Source of the DNA: Perkinsus olseni | Lineage: Eukaryota | Reading direction: 5' to 3' | DNA length: 50,624 nucleotides | Assembly (NCBI GenBank): GCA_013115125.1 | Contig: JABANN010000225.1 | Span: 1 to 50,624, forward strand | Part shown: positions 25,996 to 39,249 of the stretch, in pieces | Numbering within the stretch: the first letter of the stretch is position 1 | Layout: every line of letters starts with the position of its first letter | Notes under the pieces: model-generated | What the model was told of the DNA's origin: nothing | Database searches by the model: none | What the model saw: the letters and a program-made list of their open reading frames with translations, nothing else | Translations under genes and position numbers: made by a program

Positions 25996-27718
25996 TCACC
26001 TCATTCGGCTCCCCAGGGTCCGCACCACCGACCGTGCCAACCGGTGGCGCGCTGCGAAGATTCTGAAGATGTCCTTATCACCCTCAGAGATCAGCATTAA
26101 CAGTGAGCAGGTCGACCTTCCCAGCATAGTAGACGCCCCTGGCTCCCCGAGAGGCTCTTGTTGTTCCCATCGCCCACGCTGCTGTGAACAGCTTACCACA
26201 ACCAATATGCGTGACCTCTCTGAGCGACAAAGATACTCCCTTCAGAATCGATAGACCCTAAAGCCCTACCGAAGTGTCGTGATCATCTCCGGTGACCAGC
26301 GAGATCGCGTATCATTCAGTCCGAGTTGACCGTGAGAATTTAGACCGAAACTGAGCAAGGGAAGGTTGGGGATCTCGCGGTTGGGTGAATAAGACAGTCC
26401 TAGACGTATTCGGTTCGTAAGAGGCAGGGTTCGACCTAAGATACGCCACCACTCGAGGCAGAGTGACCTGTATGCATGTCCGTTATTGTCCACAGAGACG
26501 GAGTGGGCCCAGCCTGCAGCGATATCAACGACAGTCATATGATCATCATCACAGTCTGAGCGAAAATGGTGAATGGTAATCGCTTCGCTCCGCCCTACTT
26601 TCCTTATCTGTTCGAGCCGGCGTATTCACGAAGAGTGGCTGGTTGCTCGACGAGAGTTTCTTGCCGATCTACAAAGAAATTACTAAGAAACTAGGGAATC
26701 TTGCTTATCTTGCGTTTCCTCAACTCACCCCCAGCTGGCCACATGTGTTTTCACCCCAAGCCACGCATTGCTGTAATCCTGTTATTCCGAGGCAGTGGTT
26801 ACCTCCAACGGCTATTTTGAGGACCTTAATAGAGAAATACTCCCGATGGGAATTGAACCCGGGACCTGTTCACACCTTCAGCTTAGTCAATCGACTCGAG
26901 AGTCGTGGTACTGAGCTGATTGGTCCCAAGTTGGCCGCCTCCCCCGCAAAATTTGTCCCCCAAGAATATCTATTCAGATCGCCATAATCTTGCTAATTCT
27001 CGTGGAATCGAAATTCTGTCAGGCAGCAGCTGGCAACGACCTACACATCGCCTCCTTGTGTAATTGCGAAGCATGTGCTGCCCCCACAAGCGATGTACCG
27101 AATTGTGATTTCGCGAAAAGATGGTATCTAAAGTGCTGCACTTCTGCGGATCAATCCGACCTATAGCAGCTTTCACCTCGTTCCATCCGTTACCATCAGG
27201 GAGGCTCGCAGCGCCGCCGACCCCGCGCGGCGCTGGTGACTGTGAGATCTCAGTGGCCACGCTGTACAACTTGCCAGATCTCCCTGAGAAGGTCCCGGGT
27301 TCGATCCCCAGTGATACCGTGTAATTCCCGACGAGCCCACCGAGAGCAAGCAGACAGTCTCGGCATGCGGCTATCATCCTGATGTCATCTTCGTCAGGCA
27401 ACTCAATATTCACAATTGAATCGATATCTGTGAGACGACGTGCCACTGCAAGGAATCGAACCCACGACCTCTACCACCCACCTCTAATCTCCACTAGAGA
27501 AGCCTTGTCCGCAGCGACGCTTCCGATCGTATCTAAACGAACTAGAGCCGAGAGCCTGCGGTGAAGCATCTAAGCTCACCGGCGAAAGATACGAAGATGG
27601 ACGAAGAACCGGCTGATGCAGACTTTATCTTTCGACCACACAAAGATGGTAGGTGACCCAGATAATCATCACGGTCCTCTCGAAGGAGAAACACATCGCC
27701 AGAAGAGATGAGAGTCAT
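25996..27718 (-). CDS. RCC1-repeat protein; multi-exon
   Basis: YSWGTN, KIAVGGNHCLG..VAWGENTCGQLG, DIAAGWAHSVSVDNNG, SFGLNSHGQLGL, HIGCGKLFT. Confidence 0.85.
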
Positions 27719-27836
27719 CCTAAAGGCCTGTCAAAAACCCTCGGGCGCCAGGCCGCCTGGTTGAAAATGCCTCCAAAGCAACAAGACGGTAGGGGACATC
27801 CAAACACGCACATGCAACAACTTCAGAAATATCCCA

Positions 27837-28394
27837 CTACTGGTTGGCAGGACAGCCGTCCAGCCAATTATACGGATCTCCCACCGACTGCAATGGTACG
27901 GCTTGATCGTCAGGGATGCCCATGAGTCCCGTGACCCCGAAATCGATCCGAATTAGGTCGCGCATGATTCTAATTCTAGGTCGCCCTAGTAAGTCGAAAT
28001 TGTTCTTCTTCAACCTAGCGTCAATCATCTTGAAGAACGCGTCGTATCTTTCGAGAGGTCGGAACCTAACTTCACCAGTGCTAGTCATGGAGACGTTCAA
28101 GAAGCCGCTGTAGTAATGACGTTTGCCGCTTCCGAAGTCCATAATGACATCCAACTCGGCGCGGTTGAAGAAGACGTCAGACGAGAAGCTGATGGCGAAC
28201 AGCTTCATTGGATCTTCATCAAGATCGATACTTTTACAATAGGTCAGGTCGAGGACCTCTGGATACACATCCCAGAGAGTGTCGGGGTCTTTCGGTTGCT
28301 GATGCTGCTGTAAGGCACTAGGAGCGCCACAACGTTGGACCAGTAGGATGGCGAACATGATGATGCTGGCGAAAGCAGGAGGATATGATGGCAT
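27837..28394 (-). CDS. Secreted protein, tandem family A copy 1
   Basis: Signal-like MPSYPPAFASIIMFAILLVQRCGA; shared motifs TYC, FAISFS, AELDV, HYYSG, WLDGCP; intronless. Confidence 0.75.
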   Translation of the reverse strand: MPSYPPAFASIIMFAILLVQRCGAPSALQQHQQPKDPDTLWDVYPEVLDLTYCKSIDLDEDPMKLFAISFSSDVFFNRAELDVIMDFGSGKRHYYSGFLNVSMTSTGEVRFRPLERYDAFFKMIDARLKKNNFDLLGRPRIRIMRDLIRIDFGVTGLMGIPDDQAVPLQSVGDPYNWLDGCPANQ

Positions 28395-28992
28395 GGTGGA
28401 GGGATGATGACTCAGAGGAATGGTCAAAGCAGCACTGCATGCACTGTGTAAGGATGCGTAGTCGTGGCTATCACCTACCATAACACTCTAACAACAGGAA
28501 GGATTGTCGTCGCAGCAGGATGGCGCAAAATACGGAAAGAATTCACGCAGTCGTTACTGTGGGCCACAGTCTGTGGCACATTCCGATTGTATTAAAACTC
28601 AAGACACGAATACCTTCAACACCAGAACAGCGACATGTCTATCGTGAAAAAAACCAAGGGCCACTCCTGCGGAATCGACGGACTCAGCCAGAGACGACCA
28701 CAGGGACGACCAGGGGAGCCAGAAGGTTGTTTTCTCTTGTGCAGCAGCGGAACCATACATGCCTGATATAATACACGACCCACCGTCGACAGGAAATGTT
28801 GGGAATGATCATGATGATGGTGTCGGTGGATGAAGCGAGGATCATCGATAACGCCTGCGTAAGGATCAGCCCGTGCCAGTAAGATACAACTAGTTCGTCG
28901 CCGAGCTCGATACCACGAGTTCACGAGTCAACCACAAGTCAACGTCAAGATTCCTAAAGATACTAAAAGCGTACTAGTGAGATCTAGCACTG

Positions 28993-29577
28993 TTAAATAG
29001 TCGGACATCCTTCCAACCAATCACGGGGCTCTCCTGATGATGGCAGCGGTGTGGCTTCATCGTTATACAGTGTCAAATGGCCATAGTCATCAAAAAAGAC
29101 TCTCAAGGTCGAGCTCTCGTGGTCAAGAATTCTGATTGTGGCGCTTCCGAGCGTGTCCAAGTTGTTTTTCATGAGCCTGTCGTCGATAATAGCGAAGAAG
29201 TCTTCATACGTATCCGCAGGGAAGAACCTCAACACACTGGCCTCGGTCATAGCGACGTCGAGAAGGCCACTATGATAATGAACCTTGCCACCAGCAGTCA
29301 TCACTACAACATCCAACTCGGCCGAAGAGGGACCGCTTGCGGAGAAGCTGATGGCAAACAACTCAAGCGGATCTTCTTGGTTGTTGGTGGTGTCGCAAAA
29401 GGTCTTATAAAGGACGCGTGGAGGCAAAGGAAGGAGTGGGACAGGGTCCTCCAACACGACCACCACCTGCTGCTGTGGCTGTTGGTCGGGTAGCAGAGCA
29501 TGAGGGGCCTCACATCGTCTAAAGACGAGCAAGATGATGATCGCACTGGTAAAAGCAGATGGTGATGATGAGATCAT
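28993..29577 (-). CDS. Secreted protein, family A copy 2
   Basis: Signal-like MISSSPSAFTSAIIILLVFRRCEA; TFC, FAISFS, AELDVV, HYHSG, WLEGCP. Confidence 0.75.
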   Translation of the reverse strand: MISSSPSAFTSAIIILLVFRRCEAPHALLPDQQPQQQVVVVLEDPVPLLPLPPRVLYKTFCDTTNNQEDPLELFAISFSASGPSSAELDVVVMTAGGKVHYHSGLLDVAMTEASVLRFFPADTYEDFFAIIDDRLMKNNLDTLGSATIRILDHESSTLRVFFDDYGHLTLYNDEATPLPSSGEPRDWLEGCPTI

Positions 29578-29838
29578 GGCGGGAGTAAAACTAAGCCGAC
29601 AGGAAGAGCTCGCCGTAGCGATCAATATCGGACTAACACGACGAGGCGTCGAGTGAACCCTATAGAGGTCAGAGAAGTCACTTTCGGACTACTCTAGTAT
29701 CTTAGGCCTCTGAAAACGACATGGTTGTAGCAGTACGAACCACGACTGAACTCACCTCGCGGCAACCTAAGATTCATCGCAACTCAGCACGTCGGAACCT
29801 CAGACACCACAACACATGACATCGCTTTCGCTAAGCTT

Positions 29839-30437
29839 CTAAGGGCAGCCATTGAGCCAATGATGGTCAACATCAGCCGATGCATCCGCAGCTTGCCCGT
29901 GCGGGATAGTGATGATAACAGCATCGCCGGACTCGATAACAATGCCTCCTTCCGTGGCCGTCACGGTTGGGGCGTGCAAGTCGACGCCGTCGAAGAACTG
30001 AGCCACACTGCCGAGCTCATTGCTCCCAAAGGAGAGCTCACCGAACTCATCAGTGGCAACACTGAACATGCCACTATGATAATGTCTATTCTTCCCCGTA
30101 GGGCCGCCGACGACCACATCGAACGGTTGGTACGTTCCCAAAAAGGTGATCCCTATAGCACGGAGGTAGTCGGAAACATTCTGGCGGCAGAAAGTGTAGC
30201 CGAGAACATCGGAGAAGATATCCTGAGGGGATCGTTGGGGGACGGGTTGAGCATGCGGAGCGTGGGCACGGTGGAAGGCAGCACTGAGGAAGATGAACGC
30301 CGAGGATCTCAATTTGGACACTGAAAGGATCCTGAACGGGACAGGTCAACCCAGATGATGCGCAGCAGGCTCGATCCGATGGGAAAAGAAAATCTGTGGG
30401 CGATGAGCAGGAATAAAAATAATCCACCGCAGGACAT
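29839..30437 (-). CDS. Secreted protein, family A copy 3
   Basis: ORF 29839-30321 with TFC, IGITF, HYHSG, WLNGCP. It has no in-frame ATG; a 10-nt first exon (ATG at 30437, intron 30321-30427) would supply one. Confidence 0.65.
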
Positions 30438-30713
30438 TCTGGCGCGGTAGCATGGATAGAAGGTCAACTAGGAACCAGCGGTGCCCTCTTGAAAATAAAG
30501 TTGATCAGAAACTGAACCTTGTCTCAGGTCGGATTGCCGTGAAAATAGCAAACAATGCCACGGCAGGGCCACCGATTGCCCTGTTGACGTGAGAAAGCAA
30601 CCACTGCCGACCAAAGCGTCCCTGAGAGAAGAGATTAGAATCGGCCGTGCAACACAAGCAGCGCGAATTATGATGAACATCACAACAGCAACATCAGTCA
30701 TGTCCACAGAACC

Positions 30714-31238
30714 CTAAGGACATCCGCTCAGCCAGTCATGATCATAAGCATCTTCCGCTGCAGTGGCGCTCTCGTACGGGATGAACATAAACTTGTAGCC
30801 ATGGTCAATAAGCAGGCCGTCCGCCTCGACAGTCACAGTAGGAGTGTCTACATCGTATTCGCCGTAGACGAGTTTGAAGAATTCATCGAAGCCGTCAGGC
30901 TCAGCATCCTCGAAGGAGAGTTGGCCTGCCTCATCCATGGTAACCGTGAGGACACCGCGGTGATAGTGTCTGGGAGTCCTAGTGCCAGTGACCACGTCAA
31001 GCTCAGCCACGACGTCTGCCGCATGAGGAGCTCGATGACGCTTTGTGAAGGTTATGCCGATCGTGCGGATGTGGTCGTTGGTCTCCTCCTGACAGAAAGT
31101 CCGACCAAGAATATTGGAAAAGATGTCCTCAACCGATCCTTGAGAATGTGTTTGGATGCCGTTATGTGGCTCAGCGGAATGAACACGTTGGAGGGCAGCA
31201 CTTAGGATGCTGCTGATAGTTACCAGGGGGGATCTCAT
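30714..31238 (-). CDS. Secreted protein, family A copy 4
   Basis: MRSPLVTISSILSAALQRVHSA signal; TFC, IGITF, AELDVV, HYHRG, WLSGCP. Confidence 0.75.
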   Translation of the reverse strand: MRSPLVTISSILSAALQRVHSAEPHNGIQTHSQGSVEDIFSNILGRTFCQEETNDHIRTIGITFTKRHRAPHAADVVAELDVVTGTRTPRHYHRGVLTVTMDEAGQLSFEDAEPDGFDEFFKLVYGEYDVDTPTVTVEADGLLIDHGYKFMFIPYESATAAEDAYDHDWLSGCP

Positions 31239-31396
31239 TACAGTCGGATTGAGAGAAAACTGAGAAGGAGGTAGCGTGCTTTCATTTCATCTGACGACCT
31301 GCATGGGAGATCGTAATTTCCATTCACTGATAGCGTGCTTTCATTAGAGAGTAAGTTCTCGCTAGAAAGGCAATATACTAAATACTAGTTGCGAAG

Positions 31397-34300
31397 TTAG
31401 GCAAAATGATTGAAGAATGACGAGAAAGGAGAACTACATGGTCTCTCGAGATCGGTGAGGATCATCGTGCAACCCCCACCACGAGGGTCTCCCAACGCCC
31501 CACCAGAATAGATGCCCCCCTTTGAACTCGACGAAGAAGGGAAAGGCACATCACATTCTTCAAAGCGCATGAACAGCATCGAAGGAGTCACTTTGCAACA
31601 GCACGCCAATAGCAGTCGACTGTCGTTCTACCGGCACTTGCAGCATCGGGTAGATCTCGAGCCGCTCGAGAATACTTCCTTTTCCGTCTTGAAGGCCCAG
31701 TTTGCACTCTCGAATGATGTCCAAATGCTCCACAACATCGCCATCAAGTCCTCCATAGTAGAGCATTTTCATAGCCTGCCACTTCTCATCATCTTCAACT
31801 CGCGCACGGGTTCGAGGAGGGAGCAGCGATCGGCTCCTGGGAAGTTGTCGAAGAGCTGCCAGCGACTCTGCGCTATGGCGTGGGAGGTGGACTTCTTCGC
31901 GGTGAACAGCATGAGCCGCCGGAAGGTGATTCTTGCTAGCACTGGGCTCCGCAGCAGCAGACGTCGCCTCGTCGATATGCGCGAATATTCTGAAAAGGCG
32001 AAAATTCTCAGCGGAGCGACGCAAGATGATACCGGTGTCTCTCACTTCCTCCAGAGAACGTCTCGCTGCCACTTATCCCTCTTGTTAATTTTCACTATGA
32101 ACTTCTCCTTCTTAACTCCTCCTGGCTGCTCATTGACGCCTCCATCCGACATTGACGGCCACCCGCCGGGGGCCGTCAGCGACATCTCCCTGAAACCTCA
32201 CATGAGCTCGCCCTCCGATCGCGGGCTGCAACCCACTGCGCTTCAACTCTTCTCCTCTGCTTCTGATTCAGGGCAAAGGAAGTTGTGAACGGCCGTGCAG
32301 CCGCCAGCACGCGATCTCGATTTCGAGAAAAAATGAAGTCCAAACCTGATTGATGCATTCCTTCATCGAACCCCCGACGAAGCGAAGCACCTTTGCTTTC
32401 CTCGAGAATCTTTTTTCGAACCATTTTCTCGGCTTTCTGCGTGTCCGGTCTACTCTCGCACATCTTAGCCGTGCAAGCTTCGCGTGTCTTCGCTGACGCC
32501 TTCAATTGCAATCTCGCCAACACCTTCATCACCACAGGACTGCTCCAAGCGTCAGCGGCAGAGCACCCACTTGAAGGGAACCTCCTTCCCGCGGCGATTC
32601 AGCGAGCATTGAAGAGATGCTCTGACTCGCATAATGGCCAGCCTCGATGCCCCCAACAGGAGGCTCCAGCGAAGGGGTAATCGCCCTAGGGAGAACCAAA
32701 TGCCTGCCGAGCTGCCTGAAGAGACAACTCACTCTCTCCTCGCCTTCTTGTGGCCCTGCTGCTGAGCCTCTCCTTCCACCGTTGGACTCAGACTTGTAGC
32801 AGTCGGCATCCGGGAGAATCCACCGACCGGCGCAACCGGCAGTTTCTCGACCGAAGAGTTCCGGAGTATCTAATGGGACTGTGTAATGGACCAGGTTCAA
32901 CCTAAGATACCCCTACCGATTTTCCCTCGAACTCCTCAGCGAGGCACTTTAGACTTTTCCCCCACGCCGCTTGACGTCGTCGATAGTCGCTGTCCCCGAC
33001 ACTCTCCCTCAGGAGCCTCCATGAGGTCTGTTGACGGAGGCGGAACTCTGGGAAGGACTCGCTCCTGCTGCCCCTTGGGAAAGGAGGGGCTGCCATGTTC
33101 TAGATACTGCTCGGACGGTCAATAACCACTTTCAGCGTCTCAGAAAACCGCAAGAGTTGATGAGACAACATAACCGCACGACATGACAGCATCATCAACT
33201 TCCTCCTCCTCCTCCTCCTCCTCCGCCGCCGCTGTTTCCCATCAGATAAACGTCTAATGGTGAGGGCTGTGATTCTTCCAAGATCTCCGCCGCTGGCGCG
33301 GCTGCCGCCCTGAGCATGGAAGAGCCGTCGCGCAAGAGAACGGTCTCGAGCGTTATCACCGGAAGCCATCGAAAGACTTTCCCTTCCGCATCGCATTGCT
33401 AGCATCAAGCCAAAGCTCCAGCTCATCATGAGTGAGGGGACGTGTGCTCAGGTGTGCCGAAGTGGCATTGAGCCGTACTAAGGGACAAGTACAGGAAGTT
33501 CGCCGAAGCGCCACATCCGAGCGGCTCGTCTCTCGGCCGGAGTGCAGTCAGTCGGAGTGGTGTGATAGTCAACCCCGCATGCCTAGCAGCCTTACCACCG
33601 ATTATCTCTTGGGTGAGACCGGGAAGTGCAGCAGGAGTTTGATGGTGTCGCATGATTCCCTCTAGAAGCTCACAATGACCTCCGATGGCCTCCAGCAACA
33701 GAGATCGAGTTTGGCGCAAAAATGGTTGCAAATAGTCATAACGTAAGAGCCCAGTCGAGGAACCCTGCCAAAACCTGCAATCACAACGGAGACCCAAGCC
33801 AATTCTTGCACTCTCACGTCCTCTTGCATTTCCTCAACGCCATCATCATCAGCTTCCGCCATTTGTCTCTTCAGGTACTCAGCTGCCGTCGAGATCGCAC
33901 GAGTTAAGAGGACGAAGTTGCTGAGTATTCGGAACCCTCCTCCCAGCATCGATACGACATAGGAGAGGTTGGCTTCCCTGCACAGGGAGACGTACCCGGT
34001 CAACACCTGAGGGTCTCCGAGGTCAATCACACTGGCAACGTGAAAGGGGGGAGGAGGGGATACTGATCTTCGTCGCCCCAGTGATGGCGCTACCTCAGCC
34101 ACGACGGCTTCTACTCGGGAGAGGTCAACCGAGAAAGTGAGGTAACTGGTCATGATCCGAGGAGCCAATCCCTCCTTCACTTCTGACTGCAGCATCTCTG
34201 AGATCGTCGCCCAAATGTGAGCCAGCTGGAGGAACCCGAGGTGGTGACGATAATGGATGACATGGGCACTCACCTGAATGCCGCACAGCCGCAGTACTTC

Positions 34301-34616
34301 CCTCTCCTTCCCTAGGTCCTCCCTCAGCGATTGGCCAACCATTGAGCGCAGCTTCGACGACATCGAGAAGATCCTCTGGTCTGCTACGCCTGACACACGG
34401 CTGCTGACTCAACGCTTGAGTGGGCGTATGTGATCGTGGCTGAGCGGAGAGCAGTAGCCCACTTGCCCTCCGCAAAGGTAGAAACCCACCTTGCTTTACA
34501 GCATCAACCACCTCCTCATTGGTCGGGCCAACCGCCCGCCAGACGTCGTGTAATCGTAACCGATGGTCGTAACAGGCTTGTAACGACTCCTCCCATGAAA
34601 ACGGGGTTGATAGCAT
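31397..34616 (-). CDS. Large hypothetical helical protein; multi-exon, boundaries approximate
   Basis: Chain of protein-like minus-strand ORFs separated by GT-AG introns; no recognised domain. Confidence 0.5.
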
Positions 34617-34735
34617 CGGACCAACTAAAAGGCCTTCGGGTTGGTATGTCCGAGATTCCCAACACAATCAGCAACCTCGAGTGCTAACAACATCTTCATC
34701 ACATGAAATCACAGCACGGAGATGGATGAATCCTC

Positions 34736-35379
34736 TCACAATATAATGCAGCAGACGTGGTCCTCCAAAGGAATCTTTATGACGAGAGATGTGACCGGCC
34801 TAAACCCGGGTACGACCTTCCCTTCCTCTCCGAATGTATGATAGGGGACCTTTGACTCCCTTCCGACAGACAAGCAAGCCTCGTCCGGGTCTCCTCTCAC
34901 GATCTTTGCCGTGAATATAGCAGCTAAGCCGGTGACATTAGCGAGCTTATCAGAAAACTTGTCCATGGCACTGTCCGGCTGAGGGACGAACTTCAAGACA
35001 GGCAGCAAGCGCTGGCCTCTAGTCTGAAACAAAAAAATCAAGCCGCTCGGCGAAGTTCCGAAATAGTCCCCAAGGTGGAGGGCGGTGGTGATGATGATGA
35101 TACGAATCACACCCGACCCACATCGGTCTGTCCAATGGCGGTTAGTTTCATCCACGGGCTGACGCACTCGGCGCCGGCTTCGACCGCTCCTCTGCCAGTG
35201 GTGAGATTGAAACGGGCTTCCGAGCCGACGTCAACCGAGCCATCTGCAAGTTCGATGGCAGCGCGAGCGATGACGCTATCCTCTTTAAAAACGCGTTCGT
35301 AACGGCGGACTGCCGCGACGGTCGTGGAGGACAGTAGCAGGAGAAGGTTGAAGAGAGAGGAGACGCAGAGGGGCGACAT
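34736..35379 (-). CDS. Signal peptide + CaaX protein, family B copy 1 (2 exons)
   Basis: MSPLCVSSLFNLLLLLSSTTVAA; GSEARF..CVSPWM; intron about 35023-35112; ends HVCCIIL*. Confidence 0.75.
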
Positions 35380-35672
35380 GGGATTGGAAACGCTGTGAGA
35401 AAAGCAGTGAGAGGAAACGTAAGAGAGGAAGTTTCATCGGAACTAGGCCGGTGACAATTGAAGAGAATAGGAAGAGGCGAAGCTGAGAGTTCTTTATGAG
35501 CTGAGGCCTCTCCCGAAAGGGAAGGCCTTGGTGGCTGCAACTTGGTGGGCCGAAAGTTGGGAAATACGCCGTAAAACTACTTCTACCACGAAATTAAGAT
35601 ATCCGATGCCACAACAGCAACAACTCCTACTCCCGGACAACATCTACATCATAGCATGGAGGTACGGCCACC

Positions 35673-36437
35673 TCAAATGGCACCGCAGTTCCCCTGCCCG
35701 CCTTGCGCCTCTCCTTGATCCTACGGCAAGGCTCGTCTGCCTCTTGTCCGAACGTCGCGAACTCGATATCGTTCTGTGAAGGGTATTCTTATGACGAAGT
35801 CGGGCAAGAGGGGACTTTCCCGACGTCTATAAGAACATAAGGGGTAGGATGCTTATGCATTATGGACCAGATCGACCGAGAAGGATCTGGATACTGTATC
35901 TGCGTGGCCTCGAAGACACATCGAGTGAAGTTGTCGTAGGCCAGGCTGTCACCCGGCTTGAGAATAAACCCATACCTCGATACAGCAGTTGGGACGCCTT
36001 CAATTTCCTGCAAACGAAACTTCCACAATTTACTGTACGAACGACCAACGATGCTCCGAATGATTCATCGAGCGAGTGGTAGAAATTTCCGGAAGTGCCC
36101 ACAACGTCGCTCATGGGCTAACTTCCGGAAATACGCGAGCAACAGAGAATCGTCAAAGACGAGAAACATCCCACCTCCTCTCCCGTGAAAGCCTTCAAGC
36201 TCAACCACGACTCCTACACCACGTCACGTTCGATCCGATAGCCATATCTCCCGTAGTGAACTCAATGCGACCCTGCGACCCTATCGCGAGAGCGTTGTCC
36301 TCGAGTTCGAACAAGACCGAGCCTAGGATGTGGTTTCTGTACGTCCCTCCATAGCGGAGTCCAGCCAAGATGGACGACCACAAGGCCGCTGAGGAGAGCA
36401 GCATAAGCTTGGTGAATGACGGGGTGGGAACAGGCAT
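35673..36437 (-). pseudogene. Family B copy 2, disrupted
   Basis: Signal peptide intact. Frameshift at the C-x-S-P-W motif (about 36208), second frameshift at about 35803, in-frame TAG at about 35721. The remnant frame still ends GNCGAI*. Confidence 0.65.
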
Positions 36438-36946
36438 GATAAACGCAAAAGAATGATCGGGAGAAGCAAAAACAAGAATTCGAAAACCTGATTTCATCAC
36501 CATAACTCGGTGACGCAAGAGGCGGTAGGAAGGAACGTGGGGACGATGATCGCAAATACTGCCTTTCCAGGACAGAAGGACGAGCATTCTCTGCAAATAA
36601 GACCAGTACGAGCACCAGTTTGGGAGGCTTTCAATCAGGGACACCCGGGTCAGGCAACACGACCAGCCAGAAGCATCCACTGGAGTCAGATTGTCCTTGT
36701 CCAAGTCGGCCGACGATGTTCCTGCCTGTATTGTAGCTTTCCGGTCGAGGTTTTCCCTCTCCAGTGGAGAGTCTCCACTAGCCCTAGTACCGAAGAACGT
36801 CGGACTGCTGCCGCTTATCAAGACTGCCGAGCGTGGTCTCCCGAAGATCTCAGAAACGAAAACAGCGACTCTGAGTGTTGACAACATCTACATCAGATGA
36901 CATCGGAAAATGAAGTTGGATGAGGTCAGGTTCTCGCGCATCGCTC

Positions 36947-38019
36947 CTATAGGATGATGCAGCCGCTCCTTTTCTTGTGCTTTCGCTGGCGGTCGCAATC
37001 CGAAGGTCGTCCACCATTCTTAGTCTTGCCGCTCTTCCCGCTCGACTTTCCATTCAAACTCGGCGCCTCGGTCGGCCGTACACGGACATACTTTCTCATC
37101 TTCCTGCCTCCAATCCCGGTCAGCTGTCCACGACCCTCGTCATTCAACGGTCGACCGTCAACCTCGTCGGTTTGTTGTCCATGGCTCCCTTCATTCGACC
37201 GTCGACCGTCAACCTCGTCGGTTTGTTGTGCACGGCTCCCTTCATTTCCATCCACGCCTTCAGCTTCGACCAGCGGTCTGCGCTTATCAACTAGATTCTC
37301 GATCGACAGCCGTACTTCGGGCGCAAGGCCGGTGACAAGCCTCTTGCCCTTGTTGGGAAGTTGCCCCACCTTCACCTTCACACGCGGGTTGGCATCATCT
37401 ATCAGTTCGGCTGTAAAGAAAGCGGGTAGGGCTGTGGCATTCACGAGACACCTAGTGTACGCCTCGAACTCGGTGCTGTCACCCGGGCGCGCGATGAACT
37501 TGTAGATGAGTGTACCAGTCCCGAGGCGTACGTCGCCCTGCAAGCAGCAACCATGTCGGACTCGGCGAGCACGCAAGCGAATGATCGAGCGAGCGAGAAT
37601 GACGAAACCAGGAAAAGGCATCATCCAGGTCGAATCCCTGGACGTGTTTCCGAAGGGCCGCGGCTGATTTAGATATCGACAATTCGTCACATTCATTAGC
37701 CCTCCGCCACAAGCGCAAGGAAAGATAACACGAGCAGTGACGCCATGGCCTACAGTTTTTCCCTGGACAGTCTTCACCCTCATCCACGGACTCTGACACG
37801 ACCCAAAGGGTTTGACTGCCTCGTCACTGGCCGTGAGTGTGAAGCGAGCTTCCGAGCCTTCCCCGATAACTTCATCCTTGAGTTCGACGGAGCAGGTTGC
37901 GACGCCCCCGTCTTTGTAGCGAAGCGAGAGCCGGCCGAAACAAGCTGCCCCAGGACAGCGAGCGACAGTAGCAAGATTTTAATAGAGGGAGAAGTGAACG
38001 ACGTGGGAGTTATCATCAT
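36947..38019 (-). pseudogene. Family B copy 3, frameshifted just after the signal peptide (pseudogene or sequence error)
   Basis: The signal peptide frame and the mature domain frame (YKDGGVATCSVELKDE..GSEARF..CQSPWM) differ at about 37920. Ends RQRKHKKRSGCIIL*. Confidence 0.6.
37140..37241. repeat. 51-bp coding tandem repeat, 2 units
   Basis: Units 37140-37190 and 37191-37241 encode NEGS(R/H)(A/G)QQTDEVDGR. Confidence 0.9.
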
Positions 38020-38265
38020 ATGAGTGACCGAAACCCTGCGAGAGCCGTTACGAGACCGCGTGTTAGCAAAGAGTACGCAATTCAGATGTCGCGATCGCAA
38101 CAAGCCAGTACCAATCTTTCATAAAATGAAGAGGCCGACAGCATCAGGCTGAGTAAGTAGAGAGCAGCTCAAAGCCTCGTCTATGGGCACTCCGAGATTT
38201 CCAATACAAGGACACCCCCACTAGCTGACAACGTGAATTACATGACATCACAGCATGGAACCGAT

Positions 38266-39032
38266 TCAAGATATGACGCAACCTTCGCACGCGGAGGAAG
38301 GTCCCCTCAGACTGCCATTATCTCCGCCGGTTTCCGTCGCCTGTTCATCGACAGCGATTCGATAGTGTCCCGATAACGGGATCTCCCCGAACCATGGCGT
38401 GAACCTCTCTTTCCTGTTCCCCTTACGGATCGCTCTACCGACTCGTAGGCGAATACCATCCTCATTGAACTCCGCCTCAAATGACCTAGGAAGGCCAGTA
38501 GCCTCCGCAAGGCATAAGGTGAACTTCTCCAAGGAGGCGTTGTCACCCGGCCGGGGAATGAACTTATATTCAATCGGACGGATCTGCTTCCCTGTGCCGT
38601 CCTAAAAATGAGATAATGCACATCCGCCTCGAATGTCACAGCGAATCTTCCTATCGGGTAGTACAACCACGGCCAGTGTGAGCGACCAAGCCGGGAGCCA
38701 AAATACCGAGAGTTCCGAGCATGCAAGAGCTAATGGCGACAACTAGTATACGTAGAAAGGCCTACCATTCTCCCATTGAAAGCCCTCAACCTCATCCACG
38801 GACTCTCGCACGTCACGTCCGGGACCTCGGCATCATCACCGGTCGTAATCTCGAAGAAGGCTTCCGAGCCTCTCCGGATAACCTCACCATTGAATTCAAC
38901 GAAAGCCGAGCTGATGATACCCTTTCCGTAGACTGCGCCGGAGCCAGCCAAAACGGAGTGCCGCAGGACTGCGGCTGACAGCAGGATGCCGCTGATTATG
39001 CGGGAGGAGGAGGGAGCAGGTATGAGCATCAT
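38266..39032 (-). CDS. Signal peptide + CaaX protein, family B copy 4 (2 exons)
   Basis: MMLIPAPSSSRIISGILLSAAVLRHSVLA; GSEAFF..TCESPWM; intron 38602-38765; ends EGCVIS*. Confidence 0.78.
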
Positions 39033-39249
39033 CGTAGCCACCAAAGGGGCTACTCAAGAACCTTCTCATGACGGTACGGTCACCAAGCATACTCGAATAC
39101 CCAATCAGCGAAGATAGTTAGCTCGTTTGAGGCTGTTCATGGTCGAAGTGAATCGAAGATTCAATAACAACAGCAACGCTGAGCGTCGGTAACATCATCA
39201 ACATCACATGGAATCACAACATGGAGATAAATACCTCATCACTCCCTCT

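Noticed and set aside
28616-28924. Possible fifth family A relic (RVLYQAC resembles RVLYKTFC)
   Set aside because: The other family motifs are absent.
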